DNA of 64,000 bases from Candidatus Versatilivorator sp. Lineage in GTDB: Bacteria > Acidobacteriota > Terriglobia > Versatilivoradales > Versatilivoraceae. Below are positions 53,135-61,350 of this stretch, piece after piece (positions within the stretch are counted from its first letter, which is position 1; each line of letters opens with the position of its first letter). Below the pieces are notes generated by a model that was given only the letters and a program-made list of their open reading frames with translations, was not told the DNA's origin and made no database searches. The stretch is taken from contig OZ242296.1 of NCBI GenBank assembly GCA_965207735.1, forward strand, positions 1,376,001 to 1,440,000. Reading direction: 5' to 3'. The translations under genes and the position numbers were made by a program.

Positions 53135-53474
53135 AACCTGTTCAGAGTCTGACGATGAAGGGGGCCCAAATGAATCCGAGCCTCTGGAAGGGTCAGCGGT
53201 ATCTTTGTTGAAAATGGGGCGAAGATCAAGTCCTAAATTGGGCGGTTCCCGGCTCGAGCGGATCCCTACCCGCGGGCCGCATTGCGAGGCAAGGGTACTT
53301 CCGGGAACAATACCGCAAAATTCGACTCCAATCCGCGCTCGGATCCCCGCCCGTCAGGGATCTTCAGCTCTTTACTCGGCCTTTACTTTTCCGGGGGCTT
53401 CGGTCAAAATGTCGACGGGATTCTTGCAGAGACGATGACATACTGGAAGCTTTCATGAGCTGGAGCGGTGCTCT

Positions 53475-54452
53475 ATGAAAGGACGACGCTTTTCCATGGC
53501 TGCCTGCCGCCTCACCGCCGCCGCGATATTCGGTCTTGGGCTGTTTCTCGTCAGTCACCCCTTGTGCCTGGGTCAAGGCGGCTTGTCGGGAGACTCCTCT
53601 TCCGAGAACGGGTATTCCTCGCTGAAGATCGACGTGGATCTGGTTCTGGTCAGCGCCACCGTTACCGATCACAGCCGACGCTTCGTCACCGGATTGGAGA
53701 AACAGCACTTCCGCATCTTCGAGGACAAGATCGAGCAGGAGATCAAGCACTTCAGCAACGAGGATGTCCCCACCTCAATCGGTTTGCTTTTCGATGTCAG
53801 CAGCAGCATGGGGGACAAGATCGCCCGTGCCAGGGACGCGGCCGTTGCCTTCCTCAAAACCAGCAACCCGGCCGATGAGTACCTGTTGATCGCCTTCGCT
53901 GATCGGCCGTCAGTGGAGGAGGACTTTACCTCCGACATCAGCGAGATTCAAAACCGCCTGGTTCACAAGAGAGCCAAGGGATCGACAACGCTTTACGACG
54001 CCATCTATCTGGCGCTGGAAAAGATGAAGCAGGCCAATCACTCCAAGAAGGCTATCCTGCTCATCACCGATGGAGAGGACACCCGCAGCCGCTATTCCCT
54101 CATCAATGTGCGAAATGCCGTCAAGGAAGCCGACGTACAGATTTTCGCCATCGGCATTGTCAATTCCTACTATTCCGACCTGGCGCGCGGGCGCTCCGGA
54201 CGGGGAATTCTGGAACAGATTACCGAGATTACAGGGGGGCGGGCCTACTTCCCCAACTCCGTGTACGAGCTCGAGGACATCTGCACCAAGATCGCCATCG
54301 AGCTCAAGAACCAATATATCCTGGGCTACTCCTCCAGCAACCGGGCCAAGGATGGCCGCTGGCGCAAAATCAAAGTCAAAATGAAAACGCCCAAAGGGCT
54401 CCATTCTCTATCGGTCCGGACCAAGACCGGTTACTACGGACCTCAGGGATGA
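53475..54452 (+). CDS. VWA domain protein (Acidobacterial VWFA-related type)
   Basis: Signal peptide, DVSSSM MIDAS, TLYDAI, ITDGED, TGG, QYILGY. Confidence 0.85.
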   Translation: MKGRRFSMAACRLTAAAIFGLGLFLVSHPLCLGQGGLSGDSSSENGYSSLKIDVDLVLVSATVTDHSRRFVTGLEKQHFRIFEDKIEQEIKHFSNEDVPTSIGLLFDVSSSMGDKIARARDAAVAFLKTSNPADEYLLIAFADRPSVEEDFTSDISEIQNRLVHKRAKGSTTLYDAIYLALEKMKQANHSKKAILLITDGEDTRSRYSLINVRNAVKEADVQIFAIGIVNSYYSDLARGRSGRGILEQITEITGGRAYFPNSVYELEDICTKIAIELKNQYILGYSSSNRAKDGRWRKIKVKMKTPKGLHSLSVRTKTGYYGPQG

Positions 54453-54456
54453 TCGA

Positions 54457-55398
54457 ATGAATTCGGCGTTCGGAAGAATCCTTCTGGCGGCGCTGCTGCT
54501 CGTTGTGGTCACCCAGGCGATGGCCCAGCAGCAGAACCGCAAGGCCAGGGGCGACTTTACGCTCAAGGTGGACGTGGATCTGAGATTGCTCCATGTCACC
54601 GTCTTCGATTGGAAGGAGCAGTTGGTAAAAGGGTTGAAGCAGAACCATTTTGAAGTCTACGAAGACAAGATTCAGCAGGAGATCACCCTCTTCAAGGTAG
54701 AGGATATCCCCGTATCGCTTGGCTTGGTGATCGACAACAGCGGTAGCATGCGATTCAAACGCAACCGGGTCAATCAGGCCGCCATCACCTTTGCCAAGAC
54801 CAGCAATCCCGAAGACGAAGTCTTCCTGATCAACTTCAACGACCAGGTCTTCCTGGACCAGGATTACACCCGGAACCTCGACGATCTTACCGACGCCCTG
54901 GACCACATCGACGCCCGGGGCGGTACGGCCCTCTACGACGCGATCTACCTGGCTCTGGAGCACATTCGGGAGGGACAGGAAGAAAAGAAGGCCATATTGG
55001 TCATTACCGACGGGCAGGACACCGAAAGTCGCTACCGGTTCGACACGGTTCTGGAATTTGCTCGGGAGTCCTACGCCAGCATTTACCTCATCGGACTGTT
55101 CGACAAGCTGTCGGAACTCACCCGGAAGGAAAGAAAAGCCGCCAAGCTCTTGCAGCAACTCTCAGAGGAAACCGGGGGGAAGTACTTCTTTCCCGAATCG
55201 GTGGACGAGGTGCATGCCATCTGCACCGAGGTGGCGCACGAAATCCGCAATCAGTACACTCTGGGGTACAAGCCCACCAACCTGAGCCGGGACGGGACCT
55301 GGAGGGACGTCACAGTCAGAGTGCTGGGGGCTCCCAAGGGCAAGCGGAAGTGGATCGCCAGAACCAAACGCGGCTACTATGCCCCAACCGAAAGCTAG
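54457..55398 (+). CDS. VWA domain protein (Acidobacterial VWFA-related type)
   Basis: DNSGSM, TALYDA, ITDGQD, ETGG, QYTLGY. Confidence 0.85.
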   Translation: MNSAFGRILLAALLLVVVTQAMAQQQNRKARGDFTLKVDVDLRLLHVTVFDWKEQLVKGLKQNHFEVYEDKIQQEITLFKVEDIPVSLGLVIDNSGSMRFKRNRVNQAAITFAKTSNPEDEVFLINFNDQVFLDQDYTRNLDDLTDALDHIDARGGTALYDAIYLALEHIREGQEEKKAILVITDGQDTESRYRFDTVLEFARESYASIYLIGLFDKLSELTRKERKAAKLLQQLSEETGGKYFFPESVDEVHAICTEVAHEIRNQYTLGYKPTNLSRDGTWRDVTVRVLGAPKGKRKWIARTKRGYYAPTES

Positions 55399-55844
55399 AA
55401 ACTCTTGGCGCTGTCCAGCAGGAACGTCACCGGGCCGTCGTTGGTGGAGCGAACACTCATGGTTTCCCTGAAAACACCCGTTTGGACCCTGATGCGTTGC
55501 TGCCGGCAGCTATCGACGAAGGATCGGTAGAGACGATTGGCTGCTTCCGGGGAAGCCGCCATTGAGAACGAAGGTCGGCGCCCCCTCCGGCAATCGCCGT
55601 AGAGCGTGAACTGCGAGACGATCAACAGAGACCCACCTGCTTCTTTCAGCGAGCGGTTCATTTTGCCGCTTTCATCCTCGAAAATTCTCAACCCCACGAT
55701 CTTGTCCACCAGGTAATCGGTGTCGGCCGGTCCGTCTCCGTCCTTGACGGCGAGGTAGAGGAGCAATCCCCGTCCGATTTGCCCGACCACCTCCCCACCG
55801 ACCGTCACCGAGGCTTCGAGAACTCGCTGGACCACCACACGCAT
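55395..55844 (-). CDS. dtd: D-aminoacyl-tRNA deacylase
   Basis: [19 protein letters not shown]; ATG at 55844. Confidence 0.95.
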   Translation of the reverse strand: MRVVVQRVLEASVTVGGEVVGQIGRGLLLYLAVKDGDGPADTDYLVDKIVGLRIFEDESGKMNRSLKEAGGSLLIVSQFTLYGDCRRGRRPSFSMAASPEAANRLYRSFVDSCRQQRIRVQTGVFRETMSVRSTNDGPVTFLLDSAKSF

Positions 55845-55883
55845 GGATTTCTCCTTCACTGGAATGGAGCCCCGGCGAAACCG

Positions 55884-55912
55884 TTGACACCTCCGGGGGG
55901 CTCTTTTACTAT
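55884..55912 (+). promoter_or_regulatory. Sigma70-type promoter for the mutase genes
   Basis: TTGACA-N17-TACTAT, 36 nt upstream of the ATG at 55949. Confidence 0.65.
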
Positions 55913-55948
55913 CACGCAAGCTCGTTCCTAGGCAAACGGGGCAACGTC

Positions 55949-57628
55949 ATGGGCAGGACATCCACCGGGCAGACCAGGCTCAAGCAATCGAGGCGCCGCT
56001 GGGAAGAGCAGACCCTCGCTCCGTCCCGGAAACGGTTTTCCCCGAGGCTGCCCGAGTTCACCAGCATCTCGGGCCACCCCATCCAGGCTCTTTACGGTCC
56101 CGAGGACCTGGAAGACTTCGACCTCGAACAAGAGGTGGGATTCCCCGGAGAACCACCCTATACCCGGGGAATTCACCCCAGCATGTATCGCGGCCGCCTC
56201 TGGACCATGCGGCAATTCAGCGGCTTCGGCACAGCCCAGGACACCAATCAACGCTTTCTCTACCTGCTCGAGCAAGGACAAACCGGCCTTTCGGTCGCTT
56301 TTGACCTGCCTACTCTCATGGGGCTGGACTCGGATCACCCGACGGCTTCGGGCGAGATCGGCAAATGCGGCGTCGCCGTGGACACCCTGGCGGACATGGA
56401 AGTTCTCTTCAGGAACATCGACCTGGAGTCCATAAGCACCTCCATGACCATCAATTGCCCGGCAGCCGTCATCTGGGCCATGTTTCTGGCTCACGCCGAG
56501 AAAAGCGGCTTTAGCTGGGCCAGGTTGCGGGGCACCCTTCAGAACGACATCCTCAAGGAATACATTGCTCAGAAGGAGTGGATCTATCCGCCTCATCCCT
56601 CCATGCGGCTGGTTACCGACACCATTGCCTTCGCAGCTCAACACGTCCCCCAATGGAACAGCGTCTCGATCAGTGGCTATCACATCAGAGAAGCCGGTTC
56701 CACGGCCCTGCAGGAATTGGCCTTCACCCTGCGCGACGGCATCGAGTACGTGGAGGCGGCCGTTCGGGCCGGACTGGAGGTCGACGATTTCGCTCCCCGG
56801 CTTTCCTTTTTTTTCAATGCCCACAACGATTTCTTCGAAGAAATCGCCAAGTATCGAGCGGCTCGCAAGGTCTGGTACCGGGTAATGAAGGAACGCTTTC
56901 ACTGTCGAGACCCGCGATCCTGCGTGCTCCGATTCCATGCCCAGACCGCCGGGTGCTCCCTGACGGCCCAACAACCCCACAACAACATTGTTCGCACCAC
57001 CGTCCAGGCCCTGGCAGCCATTTTGGGCGGAACCCAGTCCCTGCACACAAACTCCATGGACGAAACCTACGCCTTGCCCACCGAGCAGGCCGCCACCATC
57101 GCTCTCAGAAGTCAGCAGATCCTTGCCACCGAAAGCGAAGTGGCCAACACGGTCGACCCCCTGGCCGGATCCTACTTCGTCGAGAAGCTGACCCTCGAAT
57201 TGGAAAAGGGCTGCTGGGACTATTTCGAAAAAATCGACGCCATGGGAGGCATGGTGGCCGCTATTGAGCGCTGCTATCCTCAGAAAGAAATTCTGGACGC
57301 CGCCTACCGCTACCAACAGGCCGTGGAACGGGGAGAGAAGGTCATTGTGGGTGTGAACCGGTTCGTGGTCGATGAGGAACAGCCGATCGACACCCTGGCC
57401 ATCGAGTCCGGCGTGGCTGACAAACAACTGGACAGTCTCGAGCGTATCAAGGCCAGCCGCGACCCGATGGCCGTGCAACGGTCACTGGCGGAGCTGCGCC
57501 GGGCTGCGGCCACCGATCGGAACCTCATGCCTTTTCTCCTGTCTTGTGTCAAGGCTTACGCGACCGTGGGAGAGGTCTGCGAGGAACTGAAACAGGTATT
57601 CGGCATTTATGAGGAGCCTGTCTTCTAG
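55949..57628 (+). CDS. B12-dependent acyl-CoA mutase large subunit (isobutyryl-CoA-mutase-like residues)
   Basis: [46 protein letters not shown]. Confidence 0.9.
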   Translation: MGRTSTGQTRLKQSRRRWEEQTLAPSRKRFSPRLPEFTSISGHPIQALYGPEDLEDFDLEQEVGFPGEPPYTRGIHPSMYRGRLWTMRQFSGFGTAQDTNQRFLYLLEQGQTGLSVAFDLPTLMGLDSDHPTASGEIGKCGVAVDTLADMEVLFRNIDLESISTSMTINCPAAVIWAMFLAHAEKSGFSWARLRGTLQNDILKEYIAQKEWIYPPHPSMRLVTDTIAFAAQHVPQWNSVSISGYHIREAGSTALQELAFTLRDGIEYVEAAVRAGLEVDDFAPRLSFFFNAHNDFFEEIAKYRAARKVWYRVMKERFHCRDPRSCVLRFHAQTAGCSLTAQQPHNNIVRTTVQALAAILGGTQSLHTNSMDETYALPTEQAATIALRSQQILATESEVANTVDPLAGSYFVEKLTLELEKGCWDYFEKIDAMGGMVAAIERCYPQKEILDAAYRYQQAVERGEKVIVGVNRFVVDEEQPIDTLAIESGVADKQLDSLERIKASRDPMAVQRSLAELRRAAATDRNLMPFLLSCVKAYATVGEVCEELKQVFGIYEEPVF

Positions 57629-57690
57629 GTCGAAAGGGTAGCCGCCGGCGCCGGAGACGTAGATTTTCGAGCACCGGCATCAATTCAATC

Positions 57691-58098
57691 ATGAGTGAGA
57701 ATCCCATCCGAGTGTTGGTGGCCAAACCCGGCCTGGACGGCCACGATCGCGGCGCCAAGATTATAGCCCGGGCGCTTCGAGACGCCGGGATGGAAGTGAT
57801 TTACAGCGGTCTTCGCCAATCTCCCGTGCAGATCGTCAATGCCGCCCTGCAGGAGGACGTGCACTGCATCGGACTCTCCATACTCTCCGGAGCCCACAAT
57901 GTGATTCTTCCGCGCATCACCGAACTGTTGCGGGAAAGGAAGCTGGATGATGTCCTGGTGGTTGCCGGGGGCATTATTCCCGATCAGGACATCCCCACCC
58001 TGAAGGCATGCGGTATCTCCGAAATATTCTTGCCCGGAACTTCTACTCGGACCATCATCGAGTACATCCGGGAACACTGCGAGGCAACCTCGCGTTAG
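57691..58098 (+). CDS. Acyl-CoA mutase small subunit, cobalamin-binding domain
   Basis: [26 protein letters not shown]. Confidence 0.93.
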   Translation: MSENPIRVLVAKPGLDGHDRGAKIIARALRDAGMEVIYSGLRQSPVQIVNAALQEDVHCIGLSILSGAHNVILPRITELLRERKLDDVLVVAGGIIPDQDIPTLKACGISEIFLPGTSTRTIIEYIREHCEATSR

Positions 58099-58158
58099 CA
58101 GCCCATATCCCGGAAGATCAGCAACCTTTTTGCAATCTCGGTCATCGCAGCCCAAGGG

Positions 58159-58187
58159 TTGACCCCCGGAATGCGGCTCTGTAGAAT
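58159..58187 (+). promoter_or_regulatory. Sigma70-type promoter
   Basis: TTGACC-N17-TAGAAT upstream of the AGGAGG RBS of the next gene. Confidence 0.55.
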
Positions 58188-58221
58188 CCTGGCAAAAGCG
58201 TCCGACAGGAGGTATTCAGCG

Positions 58222-59205
58222 ATGAAGATGGATAGGAATGCGCGCAAGTTCCTGTTTTGCGTGGGGGTGCTTCTTCTGGGCACATCGGTCGCCGCGGATC
58301 GGATCGGCGCTCAGAATTCCCCGGTCAATCCGACGCTCAAGAAGAAGATCAGGGCCGACATCGACAACCTGGTGGTCAACGTCGAACTCGTCAATGTCCT
58401 GTTCACAGTCACCGATCGCAAGGGACGCCTGGTCACCGATCTGCAGCAACCCAACTTCAAGTTGTACGAAGACAACAAACTGCAGGAAATTACCAATTTT
58501 TCTCGCGAAACCGATCTTCCGCTGACCATTGCCGTGCTCATCGACACCAGCACCAGCATTACCGACCGCTTCAAGTTCGAGCAGGAGGCGGCAATCGAGT
58601 TTCTTTACCAGACCCTGAGGCCGCGCAAGGACAAGGCTCTGCTGATCACATTCGACTCGGCCATTGAGCTGGTGCAGGACTTCACCAACGATCCCCAGGT
58701 GCTGGCGACATCGATCCGACGCATCCGACCCGGCGGAGGAACCAAGCTGCTGGACAGCGTTTACCTCACCTGCCAGGAAAAGCTGAAAGCCGAACCGGGA
58801 AGCACCAGAAAAATCATCATTCTCATCAGCGATGGAGATGACAACCTCAGCGTACAAAACCTGGCCTCCACGCTGGAGATGGTTCACCGGTCGGATGTCT
58901 CGATCTATGCCGTCAGTACCAATTCCAGCGGTTTCTTCAGCATCAAGGCGCCCAAGTCCGACAAGCTCCTGCGGCGCCTCGCCCGGGAAACGGGAGGGCG
59001 TGCCTTCTTCCCGTTCAAATCAGAGGAGTTGAGCCAGAGCTTCGCCAATATCGCCAGCGAACTTCGAAGCCAGTACTCCCTGGCCTATCGATCCTCGAAT
59101 GCCGCACGGGACGGCTCCTTTCGCTCCATCAAGATCACCACCGATCGCAAGAGGCTGCGGGTGAAATCCCGCAAGGGATATTACGCCTCCCGGAGTCCCA
59201 GCTAG
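58222..59205 (+). CDS. VWA domain protein (Acidobacterial VWFA-related type)
   Basis: DTSTSI, TKLLDS, ISDGDD, ETGG, QYSLAY; ATG at 58222 after AGGAGG. Confidence 0.85.
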   Translation: MKMDRNARKFLFCVGVLLLGTSVAADRIGAQNSPVNPTLKKKIRADIDNLVVNVELVNVLFTVTDRKGRLVTDLQQPNFKLYEDNKLQEITNFSRETDLPLTIAVLIDTSTSITDRFKFEQEAAIEFLYQTLRPRKDKALLITFDSAIELVQDFTNDPQVLATSIRRIRPGGGTKLLDSVYLTCQEKLKAEPGSTRKIIILISDGDDNLSVQNLASTLEMVHRSDVSIYAVSTNSSGFFSIKAPKSDKLLRRLARETGGRAFFPFKSEELSQSFANIASELRSQYSLAYRSSNAARDGSFRSIKITTDRKRLRVKSRKGYYASRSPS

Positions 59206-59296
59206 ACTGCAGTCCCCTGTCGACACATTCTGCTTCCCCAGGTCAGCGTTCCGGATTGTGTGCCGGTTTCGCGCTCACTCAAGACAATAAAGCCCC

Positions 59297-60802
59297 ATGA
59301 TCAGTTTCAGCCTGGTGGATTGGAGCATCATCATTGCCTACCTGATCGCCACCATGGCTGCCGGTCTGGCCATGCGCCGCTATGTCGGCCGGGTCGAGGA
59401 CTTCATCCTGGCCGGGCGCGGCATGGACGTCTATCTGGGTGTGGCTTCCCTGGCGGCAACCGAGTTCGGCATCATCACCGCCATGTATACGGCCGAGCTG
59501 GGATACAAGAACGGCTTCGCGGGCGCCACTCCCGGGATCCTGATGGCGGCCGCAATGCTGGTGGTCGGGCTCACCGGTTTCGTCATCAAGCCTCTGCGAG
59601 ACTCGGGGGCATACACCATTCCGGAGTTGCTGGACCGACGTTTCGGCCCCCGGGTTCGCTGGCTGGCGGGCCTGGTGATCGTCCTGGGGGGAGTTCTCAA
59701 CATGGGGGTCTTCTTTCGGGCCGGAGGCGAGTTTCTGGTGATCATGACCGGAATCCCTCCAGGTTATCTGGAAGTCACCATGACAGTGCTGGTCATCCTG
59801 GTGCTGATCTACACGGTTCTGGGGGGAATGATCTCGGTCCTGGTCACCGACTACCTCCAGTTTCTGGTGATGGGAATCGGCCTGGTCGCCGTTTCCCTCC
59901 TGGTGGCGGCCCAGGTGGGATGGGAGCAGGTGGTGTCGACCGTTGAAAGAGAACACGGACCGGGAGGGTTCAACCCCTTGATCAGCGAGGGAATGGGACC
60001 CGCCTACGTTGCCTGGCAGGCTCTCAATCAATTGGCCGTAGTGGTTACCTGGCAAACCGTCATTCAGCGAGTTCTCGCGGCCCGTGACAGTCGGACCGCC
60101 CGACGGGTGTATACCCGAACCAGCTTCTATTTCGTGGGGCGCTTCCTGATCCCTGCCTTTTGGGGTATGGCCGCCCTGGCCGTCCTGGGAGCCGAGCACC
60201 CCCCGGCGGCCTCGCTGCAAGCCATGCCCACCTTCCTGGCCTCCCTGCTCCCCTCGGGACTGGTGGGACTGGTGATCGCCGCCATGCTGGCTGCCGAGAT
60301 GTCGACCGATTCCAGTTACCTGTTGACCTGGAGCAGCATCCTCTACAATGACCTGATCTGCTCCGTCCGCAAGGAGCCATTCAGCGAGAAAGCGGGACTT
60401 CGCCTGAACCGGCTCATCGTCCTGGGCATCGCCGGATTCCTGCTGCTCTATGGACTCTGGTATCAACCTCCCGGAAGAGTCTGGGACTACCTGTCCATTA
60501 CGGCCAACATTTACCTGTCCAGTATCTTTATCCTGTTGGTGGCCTGCTGCTACTGGAAAGACGCCCGCGCCGCCGGGGGAATCGGAGCCATCGTCGGAGG
60601 AGCACTGCCTCCGCTGGCGTTCCTGCTGCTCAGCCAGGTCCAGTTTCCGACGGTTGAAGGCAGCCACTCCTTCGACATTTGGTCAGCGGCCGCGCGGTGG
60701 CTGAGCCGAAGCGAGGTGAGCGGATTGCTCTCCTTCGCCTTTGCCGCCAGCGGCATGATTCTGGGGTCGTGGATGGCCCGCAGAAGGGAGCGAATCGGCT
60801 AG
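59297..60802 (+). CDS. Sodium:solute symporter family protein
   Basis: DFILAGR, TIPELLDRRF, YTVLGG..SV.VTDYLQ, AAEMST. Confidence 0.9.
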   Translation: MISFSLVDWSIIIAYLIATMAAGLAMRRYVGRVEDFILAGRGMDVYLGVASLAATEFGIITAMYTAELGYKNGFAGATPGILMAAAMLVVGLTGFVIKPLRDSGAYTIPELLDRRFGPRVRWLAGLVIVLGGVLNMGVFFRAGGEFLVIMTGIPPGYLEVTMTVLVILVLIYTVLGGMISVLVTDYLQFLVMGIGLVAVSLLVAAQVGWEQVVSTVEREHGPGGFNPLISEGMGPAYVAWQALNQLAVVVTWQTVIQRVLAARDSRTARRVYTRTSFYFVGRFLIPAFWGMAALAVLGAEHPPAASLQAMPTFLASLLPSGLVGLVIAAMLAAEMSTDSSYLLTWSSILYNDLICSVRKEPFSEKAGLRLNRLIVLGIAGFLLLYGLWYQPPGRVWDYLSITANIYLSSIFILLVACCYWKDARAAGGIGAIVGGALPPLAFLLLSQVQFPTVEGSHSFDIWSAAARWLSRSEVSGLLSFAFAASGMILGSWMARRRERIG

Positions 60803-60806
60803 GCAA

Positions 60807-60947
60807 ATGCTTCCCTCTCATCCAATTTGGTTTTGTCTGACCTGGATCTGTATCCTGTGGTATGGATTTCTGGTGCTTTACGTCGGTTGGAAGGGCTTGG
60901 GCGATATCCGCCGGCTGATTGCCAATCTGAAGGAGAGGAACCAGTAG
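60807..60947 (+). CDS. Small (46 aa) single-TM membrane protein downstream of the SSS transporter
   Basis: Manual translation: MLPSHPIWFCLTWICILWYGFLVLYVGWKGLGDIRRLIANLKERNQ; fills the gap exactly between neighbouring genes. Confidence 0.7.
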   Translation: MLPSHPIWFCLTWICILWYGFLVLYVGWKGLGDIRRLIANLKERNQ

Positions 60948-60948
60948 C

Positions 60949-61350
60949 GTGGCAATTCGGTTGGGCTGGCTGTGCGGCATCGGACTCGGCCTGTCCTGTT
61001 TGATGGTCTCGGAAAACTGCCGGTGGCGTGTCCACCAACCCAGGGACGAGCCGGAACCACTCCTCCGACAGGAGCGGCCGCCGTCACCCTCCAACCCGAT
61101 TGAACTCGGCGAGCGATTGGACATCAACGCCGCCGGGCGCGAAGATCTGGAATCGCTGCCGGGAATCGGACCCGTGCTGGCCGGCCGAATTGTGGAGTTC
61201 CGAACCAAGAACCCTCCTTTCCGGCGAGTAGAGGAAATTCTGATCATCCGGGGAATCGGCCGGCGCAAGTTCCAGGCCCTGCGCAATCGGATCCGAGTGG
61301 GGACCTCCACCGGCCCGCCCGGCTCCGCCTCGGCGGAATGTTCGAAATGA
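60949..61350 (+). CDS. ComEA-like helix-hairpin-helix DNA-binding protein
   Basis: LDINAA..EDLESLPGIGPVLA.RIV, IRGIG. Confidence 0.85.
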   Translation: MAIRLGWLCGIGLGLSCLMVSENCRWRVHQPRDEPEPLLRQERPPSPSNPIELGERLDINAAGREDLESLPGIGPVLAGRIVEFRTKNPPFRRVEEILIIRGIGRRKFQALRNRIRVGTSTGPPGSASAECSK

